Below, piece after piece: positions 9,982-19,997 of a stretch of 51,428 nt of DNA; the first letter of the stretch is position 1; each line of letters opens with the position of its first letter. The stretch is from NCBI GenBank assembly GCA_031422435.1, contig JANPLU010000113.1:1-51428 (forward strand). Direction: 5' to 3'. Source of the DNA: Acaryochloridaceae cyanobacterium VAR_48_metabat_390 (GTDB lineage Bacteria > Cyanobacteriota > Cyanobacteriia > Thermosynechococcales > Thermosynechococcaceae). The translations under genes were made by a program, and so were the position numbers. The notes under the pieces are model-generated. The model saw nothing but the letters and a program-made list of their open reading frames with translations. It did not search any database and was not told the origin of the DNA.

Positions 9982-11527
9982 CTAGAACCCCAGGTCTTTC
10001 AGGAGTTTTCGATGTTTGCTGAGAGGGGCGATCGCATTTGCCGCAATCATTCCACTTGCTGCCACGGCCGGTAAACCAATCCCAGGAAAACTAGAGTCAC
10101 CACAGCACAGTAGCCCTAGCAATGGCGTTTTGGGACCTGGTAAAATTCCCTGCCCTGCCCATACTCCAGGCCCATAGGTGCCGTGGTGACGACGCAAAAA
10201 CCGTGCGTGGGTTAGGGGCGTGCCCACCAGCGTTACCTCACATCGCACGCGAATATCTGGTAATGATACGTTCCAGCGCCTTCCACATCACTTCAGCCCT
10301 CGCTGCCTTTTGGTTCGCATAGGCTTCACTACCCCGATCCATTCCTTGCCATAGGCTGTAAGGCTCTGTTGCAGGGGTGTAGACATGAATCGTCTGCTTC
10401 CCTGGAGGCGCTAAGGCAGAATCTAAAAGCGAGGGAATAGAAATCGCAATCACATTTTGCGGCGCGGTCACGCCCATTTCCCAATCATTCACCACAATAT
10501 AGTGGCACTCTAAATCAGGCGGTAGACCAGCCCCATCAATACCCAAATGCAGATGCATAAAGCTCTCGCACTCTGGGGTTTCTTGGCTTTTTGCCGCATA
10601 GACTTTGGGCACTGCACCTTCGGGCAAAAGCTTGAGCGTATCCCAAATGACCGCATTAGAAACCACCGCCTTCCGTGCCCGTATCTCTTGCCCATTACGG
10701 AGCCGCACGCCCACTGCGCGCTGCCCTTCTACTAAAATTTGCTCTACATGGGCATTTAGCTTCAGCACTCCTCCCTGCCGCTGAAGCCCTCGCACCAATG
10801 CATTAACCAATGCGCCGCTGCCGCCAATGGGATAATCTAGCACCACACCAGGTCGGTACCAGTCCGCAAACATAAAGGCTATTTCTGCCGTAATGGTTCC
10901 CTTTGCAGGCAGCCCCGACAGCATAAAACACAGTAGGTCTAGCCAGTTACGAATAAACGGATCGCTGACAACCCCATCCATAATGTTGCTGAACGGCCCA
11001 GTGAGTTTAGAAAGACTTGCCGCCTGCTGAAGTAAAGCCGTCCCAAAGGGTGCCATCGTCAACACTGCGCCTAGGTCAGACCGAATGGCTGCGGGAGGAA
11101 CGGCGATCGCCGCTTTTCCCAACGGCTCCATAACGGATTGGAGCGATCGCCATTCTTCTACTGCTTTCTGCCCCCGCAGCTTCGCCAACACCTCATAAAA
11201 CGGCTCAGCCCCCACCTTTGCCGAAAAGTCGCCCTCTGGCAATAGGCAGCCCCACGCATCATAGGTAACGCAGGGAAGCTCTTCCCCAATGGCATTTAGC
11301 ACATGCCGAAGTGGATTGGGGGACGGACTGTAGGACAAGCCCGAATACAGCGACGGTCCAGAATCAAACTTAAACCCGTCCCGTTCAAAGGCATGAGCGG
11401 CACCGCCGGGGATTGCGTGGCTTTCGCACACCAACACCTCAAATCCATAGTGCGCCAGCAGCGCCGCACAGCTTAAGCCCCCAATTCCGCTGCCAATGAC
11501 AACCACATCTACGGTGTTATTTTTCAA
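9982..11527 (-). pseudogene. Phytoene desaturase/carotenoid isomerase (CrtISO-like) FAD oxidoreductase, frameshifted near 10261
   Basis: GSGIGG FAD motif, FDSGPSL, and C-terminal GTPLTH.RFLRR..GTYGP...CGDS.FPGIGLPAVAASG split across two frames; removing one base gives ...ERII-PDIRVRCEVTLVGTP. Confidence 0.8.
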
Positions 11528-11565
11528 CTTGAAGCAGCGTCCTTTCTTTTATTACCAAAATTTTA

Positions 11566-11579
11566 GTAGTGCGCAATAC
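11566..11579. promoter_or_regulatory. Candidate NtcA binding site
   Basis: GTA-GTGCGCAA-TAC matches GTA-N8-TAC, about 90 bp upstream of the guanidine riboswitch. Confidence 0.5.
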
Positions 11580-11671
11580 AATTTCACGCTATCAAGACTG
11601 CTATCTGTGGCTTATATAAGCTAAAGAACATCGTATCCACAGATTAATATTTTTACATCTTACAAATTATT

Positions 11672-11810
11672 GCTTCTAGGGTTCCGGTCTTCATAATACG
11701 TCGTGTTTTTGCGGCTTTTATCAAGATGCTGGTCCAAGAGAAGCAGGCCAGAAATTGTGGGGTCAGACCCATGGATTCCTGGCTTCACGGAGGGACAAAA
11801 GCCCGGGAGA
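11672..11810 (+). ncRNA. Guanidine-I (ykkC-yxkD) riboswitch
   Basis: CTAGGGTTCCG ... GGTCCAAGAG ... CACGGAGGGACAAAAGCCCGGGAG conserved blocks; upstream of a NitT/TauT-type ABC importer. Confidence 0.9.
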
Positions 11811-11852
11811 AGTTTCAGCCTATTGAGCTGAATACTGTCCTAGGGCTTTTTT
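11797..11852 (+). terminator. Riboswitch expression-platform terminator
   Basis: AAAAGCCC (aptamer 3' end) pairs with GGGCTTTTTT, followed by a U-tract. Confidence 0.75.
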
Positions 11853-11988
11853 AATTGAGAAGTTTCAGCATACCAACTTTGGCAATAAAGCTTTTCTGAG
11901 AGAAAAATATGGATGAATGCAAAACTGTTTGCTAGTGTTGGTTAGCCAACTTCCCCCATTCTTAATCAAAATCCTTAATCAGAAATTT

Positions 11989-13041
11989 ATGCAAGTACGT
12001 TCCCTCTCACCTTACGTTGTCTTTGTTGGCATCACGCTGTCTTTGGTGACTGGCTGCTCCAATCCGGCCTCTCAGATAAAAACCGGAACTAATTCCGGTG
12101 CTTCCCCTACTGCTACTGTCGCAGGTTCGGTTCGGCTAGGGTTTAGCGCGTGGCCCGGCTGGTTCCCTTGGCAGGTTGCTCAAGAAGAAGGCATTTTTCA
12201 AAAAAATAACGTTCCAGTCGATCTGAAATGGTTTGATGGCTATCTAGAGTCCATCAGCACCCTGACTGCCGGACAAATTGATGCCAACAGCCAAACCCTG
12301 GGCGATACGGTTAGTTCGATCGCAGGGGGCGCAGATCAGGTGGTGGTGTTGGTCAACGACAACTCCACGGGCAACGACAAAATCATTGTCCGAGAGGGTA
12401 TTAAATCCATTGCCGACCTGAAAGGCAAAAAAGTCGCCGCCGAAGAAGGGACGGTGGATCACTTCTTGCTGCTGCTCGGCATGAAAAAAGCGGGTCTAAG
12501 CCCTAAAGATATTCAGTTTGTGCCTCTAGAAACCGGAAAAGCCGCCGCTGCCTTCGTGGGTGGTCAAGTGGATGCTGTAGCAGTGTTCGCCCCCTTTACC
12601 ACTCAGGCACTCAAGCTAAAAGGCAGCAAAGAATTATTCAGCTCTAAAGATTTCCCTGGTTCTATCTCAGATCACCTTGTCTTTACCCGTAAGTTTGTAG
12701 CCGAGAACCCAGAAAAGGTTCAGGGAATGGTCAATTCTTGGTTTGGAACCCTTGACTACATTAAAACCAACCCTGCTAAAGCTACCGAAATTATGGCAAA
12801 GCGAGCAGGTGTAAGCCCGGAGGAATACAAAGCCTATGCGGATGGCACCAAAATCTTTACGGTTGAGGAAAATATCAAAGCGTTTCAACCTGGCAGCACT
12901 ATGACCTCTCTGCCCTTTGCAGCTAAGGAAATGAGCAAGTTTCTGACAGAAGTGGGTTTGGCTAAAACCACGCCAGACACCAGCAAAATCTTTGATGATC
13001 GCTTCGTAAAAGCCTATGCCCAGAAAGCAAAAAAACCCTAA
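11989..13041 (+). CDS. ABC transporter substrate-binding lipoprotein, probable guanidine importer (NitT/TauT/SsuA class)
   Basis: Lipobox LVTGC, GFSAWPGWFPW, DNSTGNDKII motifs; downstream of a guanidine-I riboswitch. Confidence 0.85.
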   Translation: MQVRSLSPYVVFVGITLSLVTGCSNPASQIKTGTNSGASPTATVAGSVRLGFSAWPGWFPWQVAQEEGIFQKNNVPVDLKWFDGYLESISTLTAGQIDANSQTLGDTVSSIAGGADQVVVLVNDNSTGNDKIIVREGIKSIADLKGKKVAAEEGTVDHFLLLLGMKKAGLSPKDIQFVPLETGKAAAAFVGGQVDAVAVFAPFTTQALKLKGSKELFSSKDFPGSISDHLVFTRKFVAENPEKVQGMVNSWFGTLDYIKTNPAKATEIMAKRAGVSPEEYKAYADGTKIFTVEENIKAFQPGSTMTSLPFAAKEMSKFLTEVGLAKTTPDTSKIFDDRFVKAYAQKAKKP

Positions 13042-13083
13042 GCCTTCTTGATATAGCCCCTTACCCCATTGGGATTGAGTTCC

Positions 13084-13929
13084 ATGAGCCAAAGCCCTGA
13101 ATCAATTCAACCGTATTTAAAGCCCAAAACCGTTCGCCCAACCGTGTTTTGGAGATTAGCTGAGGATATTCCATCACGCCTCAATCTAGCGCTCACAGTT
13201 GCCTCTATTGGGATTCCGCTTGTGTTGTGGTGGCTAGTCACAACCCTCGGCAACGTAGATCCTAAGTTTTTGCCTTCCCCAGGGCAGGTTGTTGCAGCTT
13301 TTGGGCGGCTCTGGAACTCTGGAGAACTGACGCAAGATACGGTTGCCAGCCTCTGGCGGGTGGGGGTGGGTTTTTTAATGGCGGCGCTGCTATCGATTCC
13401 CGTAGGGGTTTTAATGGGCAGCTTTGCTAGTATTCGCGCTCTGCTAGAACCGCTGTTTGGGCTGGTGCGCTATATGCCAGCACCCGCCTTTATTCCACTC
13501 TTGATTTTGTATTTGGGCATTGGCGAAGAACCCAAAGTCACCCTGATTTTTATCGGAGTGTTTTTCTTTAACTCTTTGATGGTGATGGATACGGTTAAGT
13601 TTGTCCCTAAAGACCTCATTGAGTCCACTTTTATGTTGGGAGGGAACCGGATTGCCACCTTACTTCAGGTTATCTTCCCCTACGTTTTGCCAGGGATTTT
13701 AGATGCTTGCCGCATCAATCTTGCTGCCGCTTGGCAGTTGGTGATTGTCTCTGAGCTGATTGCCGCAACAGAGGGCTTAGGCCGTCGCATTAGCGTTGCA
13801 GGGCGCTTTTTGAAAACCGACGAAATATTTGTAGGTCTGATTGTGATTGGTGTAATTGGCCTCTCCTTTGATCTGCTATTTCAGTATTTACTGCGCATTT
13901 CCTGTAAGTGGGCGAGCCAAAAACGATAG
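13084..13929 (+). CDS. ABC transporter permease (NitT/TauT class)
   Basis: FLPSPGQV, RYMPAPAFIPL, ELIAATEGLG; operon context. Confidence 0.9.
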   Translation: MSQSPESIQPYLKPKTVRPTVFWRLAEDIPSRLNLALTVASIGIPLVLWWLVTTLGNVDPKFLPSPGQVVAAFGRLWNSGELTQDTVASLWRVGVGFLMAALLSIPVGVLMGSFASIRALLEPLFGLVRYMPAPAFIPLLILYLGIGEEPKVTLIFIGVFFFNSLMVMDTVKFVPKDLIESTFMLGGNRIATLLQVIFPYVLPGILDACRINLAAAWQLVIVSELIAATEGLGRRISVAGRFLKTDEIFVGLIVIGVIGLSFDLLFQYLLRISCKWASQKR

Positions 13930-14004
13930 ATTGTCAGCCCTGTACCCGTCTTAATCAATATCCTTAGACTATAGTGCCCACTTTTTTACAAGAGGTATCA
14001 CTCC

Positions 14005-14778
14005 ATGTATCTAAAAATAAATTCTCTCCATAAAAACTTTGCGACCAAGCATGGTCCGTTGGTGGTCTTAAAAGACATCAACATGGACATTGAGCAGGGC
14101 GAATTTATCTGCGCGGTGGGCGCATCGGGTTCTGGTAAGTCTACGCTACTGCGGCAGATTGCAGGTCTAGATCGACCTTCTTCTGGAGAGGTGCGGGTGG
14201 ATGGCAAGGTGATTTCAGGGCCAGGGCCAGATCGCGGCATGGTGTTTCAGCACTATACGCTCTACCCCTGGATGAATGTTCAGCAAAATACGGAGTTTGG
14301 CCTCAAGTTATTGGGGGTGCCGAAGAAAGTACGGCGAGAACAGGCCAGCTATTACCTGAATGTGGTGGGGCTAACCCAGTTTGCGCAGGCGTTGCCCAAG
14401 CAGCTTTCGGGGGGAATGAAACAGCGGGTGGCGATCGCCCGTGCCCTTGCCTCAGAACCCAAGGTGCTGCTGATGGACGAACCCTTTGGCGCGTTAGATA
14501 TCCACACCAAAGAGTCGATGCATGAGTTCATGCTCGACCTGTGGAACCGCACCAACATCACCATATTTATGATCACCCATGATGTAGAGGAAGCCGTATT
14601 TCTAGCCAATCGGGTGTATGCATTGGGTGCGCGTCCTGGTACTGTACGCAAAGAAATGACGATTAAGCTGCCCAATCGCAACAGCAGCGTTAAACGCCAC
14701 TCCACCTTTCATGACTACCGCGACGAGCTAATGGATCTTATGCGTCAGCATGGCAAAGAAGCCGTTGCAATGGCTTAA
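14005..14778 (+). CDS. ABC transporter ATP-binding protein
   Basis: Walker A GASGSGKS, LSGGMKQR, LLMDEPFGALD, ITHDVEEA. Confidence 0.95.
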   Translation: MYLKINSLHKNFATKHGPLVVLKDINMDIEQGEFICAVGASGSGKSTLLRQIAGLDRPSSGEVRVDGKVISGPGPDRGMVFQHYTLYPWMNVQQNTEFGLKLLGVPKKVRREQASYYLNVVGLTQFAQALPKQLSGGMKQRVAIARALASEPKVLLMDEPFGALDIHTKESMHEFMLDLWNRTNITIFMITHDVEEAVFLANRVYALGARPGTVRKEMTIKLPNRNSSVKRHSTFHDYRDELMDLMRQHGKEAVAMA

Positions 14779-15044
14779 AGCGCCTGAATCCAAGGATGAA
14801 TCTCGTAGCTTGTCCAGATGCCGTTTTGCCAATAGGGGTCTGCCTCCACCAGTTTCCGCACGATCTCCTCATTGTCTGCCTCGTAAATCCCAAAAACCAA
14901 CTTCAGGTCTTGGGTTGGACCAATGGTGATGAGAGTTCCGGCATTTTTTTGCGAGGCTAAGCCATCCAAGTGAGCTTGGCGATAGGGGGCGCGTTTCTCC
15001 ACAACATCTTCGCAATACTTGCCCCACAGCACATACTTCGCCAT
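14775..15044 (-). CDS. YciI family protein
   Basis: R.PYRQAHL, GPT, ADPYWQNG motifs. Confidence 0.88.
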   Translation of the reverse strand: MAKYVLWGKYCEDVVEKRAPYRQAHLDGLASQKNAGTLITIGPTQDLKLVFGIYEADNEEIVRKLVEADPYWQNGIWTSYEIHPWIQAL

Positions 15045-15146
15045 CTTGTACTCCTTCTAAACTCATCCTGATTATACCGATCGCCGTCCAATCTTCTGCC
15101 CCATCGGATCGGGTAGAATGCCTGAGTGACGTGCCGTGGCTTCCCG

Positions 15147-15776
15147 ATGACTTTACAGGATTTTCAAGTTTGCGATCGCGACTTAACCACCGATCAGCTC
15201 CAGGCGTATCTTCAGTCAAATAAGCTTGCGGTAGATACCGAAACCATGGGGTTACTGCCCCACCGCGATCGCCTTTGCTTAGTGCAGCTTTGTAACGCAG
15301 CAGGGCAAATTACGGTCGTTCGCATTGAGCGGGGGCAAACCCAAGCGCCTAACCTCAAGCAGTTATTTGAAGCCTCATCGGTCGAAAAAATCTTTCACTT
15401 TGCTCGGTTTGATATTGCCACGCTCAAGCATCATTTAGGCATTCAGACCCAGCCGTTTTTCTGCACCAAAATTGCCAGCAAGCTGATCCGCACCTACAGC
15501 CCTCGCCACGGCCTCAAAGAACTCGTGAAAGAGTTAGAAGGCATTGAGCTAGATAAATCTGCCCAAAGCTCTGACTGGGGCAACCCCAAAAACCTGAGTG
15601 AAGACCAGCTCAGCTATGCCGCCAACGACGTGCGCTATCTGATTCCCGTCCAGAAGGCGTTGATTGAAATGCTGAAGCGCGAAGACCGTTGGGAACTGGC
15701 GCAGTCTTGCCTCAAGTGTTTACCCACCTTTGTCGACCTAGATTTGATGCTCTACGAGAACGTATTTGAGCACTAA
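15147..15776 (+). CDS. rnd: Ribonuclease D-like 3'-5' exonuclease
   Basis: AVDTETMGL, FHFARFD, CTKIASK, SSDWG, YAANDV (DEDDy). Confidence 0.9.
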   Translation: MTLQDFQVCDRDLTTDQLQAYLQSNKLAVDTETMGLLPHRDRLCLVQLCNAAGQITVVRIERGQTQAPNLKQLFEASSVEKIFHFARFDIATLKHHLGIQTQPFFCTKIASKLIRTYSPRHGLKELVKELEGIELDKSAQSSDWGNPKNLSEDQLSYAANDVRYLIPVQKALIEMLKREDRWELAQSCLKCLPTFVDLDLMLYENVFEH

Positions 15777-15778
15777 AG

Positions 15779-16912
15779 GTGTACCTAGAGCAGCTTCATC
15801 TTCAAAATTTCCGCAATTATCAAGACCAGTTTGTGGTCTTAGGTGCCCCTAAAACAATTTTAGTCGGGGCAAATGCTCAAGGTAAATCCAACCTGCTAGA
15901 AGCCGTAGAGCTGCTGTCTACCCTGCGATCGCACCGCACCAGCCGCGATCGCGACCTTATCTTAGACGGCGAATCTGTGGGTCAAATTAGCGCCCAGCTA
16001 CAGCGCGACAGCGGATCGGTAGACCTGCGTCTCACCCTCCACGACACTGGGCGGCGCAATGCAATGGTGCATAGCGAAACCGTTAAGCGTCAGCTTGATT
16101 TTTTAGGCTATATCAACACCGTCCAGTTTTCTTGCCTCGATTTAGACTTGGTGCGCGGTGGCCCTGGCGAACGCCGCGACTGGCTAGATGCCGTGCTGAT
16201 TCAGCTTGAGCCAGTCTACGCCCACCTACTTCAGCAATATCAGCAGGCACTTAAACAGCGCAACGCCTTTCTCAAGCGCTTGCGCGCCATCGAAAACCCT
16301 CACGCAGATCCGCAACAGCTTCTGATTTGGAATCAGCAGTTGGCAACCCTTGGCGCACGGGTCATTCAGCGACGACACCGCATGTTAGGACGGCTAGAAC
16401 CCCTTGCCCAGTCTTGGCATCAGGCCATCAGTGGCAAAACCGAACATTTAGCACTCGAATATCACCCCAACGTCCGCCACGATCTCGCCCAGCCAGAACA
16501 GCTTTTTCCTGAATTTTTGGCACAGATGCAGGGGAAAGCGATCGCCGAATATCACCAAGCCACCTCCCTGGTGGGTCCCCATCGAGATGAAGTCCATCTC
16601 ACCATTAATCAAACCCCAGCCCGTCAGTACGGCTCTCAAGGCCAGCAGCGCACCCTTGTCTTAGCCCTTAAGCTAGCCGAGCTTCAGCTCATCGAAGAAG
16701 TCATCGGCGAACCGCCGATCTTGCTGCTCGACGACGTACTCGCAGAACTCGACCTCAACCGCCAAAATCAGCTTTTAGATGCCATTCAAGACCGTTTCCA
16801 AACCCTCATTACCACCACTCACTTGGGGGCCTTCGATGCAAAATGGCTCCAGTCCGCCGAAATTTTCTCCATTGAAGCAGGGCAGCTCACAGAAATGCCT
16901 ATACCCACCTAA
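15779..16912 (+). CDS. recF: DNA replication/repair protein RecF
   Basis: NFRNY, GANAQGKSNLLEA, GPHRDE, SQGQQR, LLLDDVLAELD. Confidence 0.97.
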   Translation: MYLEQLHLQNFRNYQDQFVVLGAPKTILVGANAQGKSNLLEAVELLSTLRSHRTSRDRDLILDGESVGQISAQLQRDSGSVDLRLTLHDTGRRNAMVHSETVKRQLDFLGYINTVQFSCLDLDLVRGGPGERRDWLDAVLIQLEPVYAHLLQQYQQALKQRNAFLKRLRAIENPHADPQQLLIWNQQLATLGARVIQRRHRMLGRLEPLAQSWHQAISGKTEHLALEYHPNVRHDLAQPEQLFPEFLAQMQGKAIAEYHQATSLVGPHRDEVHLTINQTPARQYGSQGQQRTLVLALKLAELQLIEEVIGEPPILLLDDVLAELDLNRQNQLLDAIQDRFQTLITTTHLGAFDAKWLQSAEIFSIEAGQLTEMPIPT

Positions 16913-16914
16913 GA

Positions 16915-18231
16915 CTATTTTGGAGCGCCTTCAGGTACCGCAATAGAGGGAGCAGGCAATGGTTCTGGACTTTGTGTTGCAGCAATGCTTGGAGTAGCCT
17001 GCGGATTAGATTGTGGTGTAGAAACCGTCGCCGACGGGGCGTTGAAAGAGCTAGAAGAAGTTGGCGTTTTAGGCGTCAGCCTGTTTAAAATGTCTTCTTT
17101 TGAAGCAGGACTAGGGGAACCTGTAGGCGTTGAGGATTTAGGACTTTCCTTTGGGCTAGGATTCGGTTTTACGGAAGCTTCTGGAGTGCTTTCTGCCCTA
17201 CAAACTGCTTCAGAGTAAGGGATATCCACCGTGAAGTTAAATGCCTGAGGAATCCCACTAGGGCTTGGGAGTCGATAGGACTCAACCGCTGCGATCCCCG
17301 CACGATTGAGCGCCAGCGTTTCAGCAGACTGAAGCACCTGAATCGCCGAATCACCCTTAGAAATCGATCCATCTGGACTAAACACTGCCGCAATAATGGC
17401 AGAACCCTGCACCTTACTGTTGCACGCAGAAACAGGGTACTCGGCTGTTAGCCTTGGCCCAGGCTGAATACTAATGCGCTGCCCAGACGCCTGACTTTGA
17501 GCCTCGAGCCACGCAGTAGCAGCAGCTCGCACCGGAGCGGCACTATTGCCAGAAGTAGCTGGGTTGGGACTAACTGAAGGGCTAGAACTCGGCGAGAAGG
17601 GTTCATAGGGCGCTATCAATGCTGAGCTGCTACTGCCGCCAGCCTGACTAGAACCTGGCGTTAGACTAGGCGGCACTTGATTAGGATTGAGCGCATATCT
17701 TGAGTAGTCTGGCAGGGGCACACCGGAAAGCTGACCACTAGAAAGCGTTCCTCCCAATGGAGACTGTGAAGAATTTGCACCACTCTGACTAGGGCTTTTA
17801 GGTAAATTCAGTCCAAAAACTTGCTGCCCTTGCGCACCCAACACGGATTTCTGAGGCGGATTGGCAATCGACAGCTTGCCCAAATCTATAGCAGATGGGT
17901 CAGAAGCCAAAAAGACAGACTGGGATGGATTTCTAAATTTAGAGATATCTGGCAAAGCCGACAGTTCTGGCACATCTCCGAGGTTAATAGGGGGGAGGCC
18001 ATTAGGGACAGGAAGACTATTGCCGTTATTAGGCATTAGTAACGCATTGAGATCCGTCGTACTGCTGCCAGGGTTAAGACTAATGACACGCAGTGGCGCA
18101 GGAAGACTATCTGCGGGCTTCATCGCCGAAAAAAGAACCAGCACCCCATGAACGCCCACTGACCCAATCATCGCCAAAACGGTTGGGTTGCGAAAGATTT
18201 CTGTAAATGTTTCAGACCTAGAAGAATACAT
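16915..18231 (-). CDS. Membrane-anchored Pro/Ser-rich protein with TonB-C-like domain
   Basis: N-terminal TM with S...H (SVGVHG), long P/S-rich linker, YP..AC..KVQG segment resembling the TonB C-terminal domain. Confidence 0.6.
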   Translation of the reverse strand: MYSSRSETFTEIFRNPTVLAMIGSVGVHGVLVLFSAMKPADSLPAPLRVISLNPGSSTTDLNALLMPNNGNSLPVPNGLPPINLGDVPELSALPDISKFRNPSQSVFLASDPSAIDLGKLSIANPPQKSVLGAQGQQVFGLNLPKSPSQSGANSSQSPLGGTLSSGQLSGVPLPDYSRYALNPNQVPPSLTPGSSQAGGSSSSALIAPYEPFSPSSSPSVSPNPATSGNSAAPVRAAATAWLEAQSQASGQRISIQPGPRLTAEYPVSACNSKVQGSAIIAAVFSPDGSISKGDSAIQVLQSAETLALNRAGIAAVESYRLPSPSGIPQAFNFTVDIPYSEAVCRAESTPEASVKPNPSPKESPKSSTPTGSPSPASKEDILNRLTPKTPTSSSSFNAPSATVSTPQSNPQATPSIAATQSPEPLPAPSIAVPEGAPK

Positions 18232-18443
18232 TGTTTTTCTCTTTCACAAAATGGTCAGCCAGCATCCAGAGGTAGAAATCTGCCTCTATCCTAGTACATT
18301 CACCAAAGCACTCAAGCGGCAATTTCTATCTCACTGATGGCTGGCGCTACACACGAAAAGGACTAGAACTCATGGTTTCATCAAATTCTCCTATTGATGC
18401 GATCTGCCCTTTTCGTATAATTACACCTGCCCTAAACACATCT

Positions 18444-19535
18444 CTAATAGCGCAGAATCAGGGCAACTCGCTGATGGTTTTCTAATGTCTCATCATCGAC
18501 AAACACCACTTTTCCTCCTTTACCCATCACCGCTTCAATTAATTCATCTACAGCATCATCCATCACATCAATCGCATTCAGATCATCAGTAGCCATCAAC
18601 TTCATGCCGCTTGAGTCAACTCGAGCAGGATAGCGAAACCCTTCTTCCACTAACAGTAAATCCCCACGACCTTCCTGTGCCATCCGCCATGCCTCCTCCA
18701 TTCCCGATGCGCAAAGTTGGGCACCGACCGCATTTTCAAGTCGTTCTAGAGCGGCTTTTCGCTGTTCGGTCAAAGCATCTTGAATAATGGGATAGACTAG
18801 CTTGCCCAAGTCATGAGGTGAGGTCTTGTCATGATTACCGCTTAGCGTTGCAATGACCGCATCTTTGTGGACTGAAACCTCATTAAAAAGGCTAAAGTAG
18901 CGATCAATACCCACGAGTACCAGCGGCAATGGATCGGTCGCCATCAGCGTTGTCAAAACAGCATCAGCCTTATGCAAGTACTGGTCATACAGATCATCAC
19001 CTCGATTTGCAGATGTATTCGTCTCTTGGCTATCGGGGAGCTTGATGCTGTCGCCAGATTCAACATTTGTTAAAAGAGATTCGTTGGTTCCCACTTCCTC
19101 TAAACTGTCGAGTACTCCAGCGAAAAGGTTTGTAGCATTCTCACTCATAGCCAGTACCCAGTAACGAGGAGTCCGGTTCAAGGCAAAGACCAGATCTCGC
19201 GTCGCAAAGGTTTCGTCTACTACTACTCGATCTTCAAAGGCAAAAGCTTGATAATAGACTCGATAGAGTTCCTGGTTAGCAAATATGGCTAATCCTTCTA
19301 AGGTATGAGAATAATCGATTGATTCAACAGCTTGGTCAAGTTGGGCTAATACAGAAGTCAGTTCACGCTCCGAAAAATCTAGCTGAAGTCGTTGCTTGGC
19401 TTCATTTATCAGATTTTTGACCCGAATTGGGTCTTGCTGATTTTCAGGAGCGCTACGGTGGGTTGTTAACAAGATAGATACAGATGGATAGCTCTGTATC
19501 GTTTGCAAAAACTTGACATCTTCTTGATTCATCAC
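18444..19535 (-). CDS. Bacterial archaeo-eukaryotic release factor family 3 (baeRF3)-like protein
   Basis: PSVSILLTTHR.APENQQDPIRVKNL, GLAIFA, FATRDLV, GRGDLLLVEE, DELIEAV..KGG.V, ALILRY C-terminus. Confidence 0.8.
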   Translation of the reverse strand: MMNQEDVKFLQTIQSYPSVSILLTTHRSAPENQQDPIRVKNLINEAKQRLQLDFSERELTSVLAQLDQAVESIDYSHTLEGLAIFANQELYRVYYQAFAFEDRVVVDETFATRDLVFALNRTPRYWVLAMSENATNLFAGVLDSLEEVGTNESLLTNVESGDSIKLPDSQETNTSANRGDDLYDQYLHKADAVLTTLMATDPLPLVLVGIDRYFSLFNEVSVHKDAVIATLSGNHDKTSPHDLGKLVYPIIQDALTEQRKAALERLENAVGAQLCASGMEEAWRMAQEGRGDLLLVEEGFRYPARVDSSGMKLMATDDLNAIDVMDDAVDELIEAVMGKGGKVVFVDDETLENHQRVALILRY

Positions 19536-19997
19536 ATTTTCTCTGTCAGGATTTTTGCTCGGAGGATTGTGACGAGCATAAGCTAGAGCCTATGACAGGA
19601 TAGATTAGCTAAGCAATCTGTCAAACTGTTGATGTATTCATTCCCAACCATGCTGTAATCCACCAACTCGGGATACGAAAACGATTTCTTCGTTTATCTT
19701 GCAACTCGAACTCAACTCAAAACTGGGATGACAGCTAACAATCAAATCATCAATTAATCAATGGTAAACAAATTTCATGGTTTTGAATATTAAACCCTGC
19801 CCAAAATAAGACCTGGAGTTTTCAGCACTCAAGCAGTCTTGATCAGGGTGTTGCACTTCATTTTTGAATCGGCGACGACAGTTCATCCGTTGAGTTCAAA
19901 TTCAGGCTTAGCATTCCCTTCGCTCCAGTTCCTTAGTACGATAGAGACATAAGAACCTAATTTTGAGCGACATCATCCATCCTTAAGGAGTTTTGAA

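Noticed and set aside
11917..11988. N-terminal extension of the SBP ORF as a leader peptide
   Set aside because: ATG 11989 gives a normal-length lipoprotein signal; the extension has no supporting features.
19540..19990. Possible small ORF or ncRNA between baeRF3 and petG (42-codon minus-strand ORF, short AACTC repeats, small hairpin)
   Set aside because: No RBS, family motif or convincing structure; more simply the divergent promoter region.
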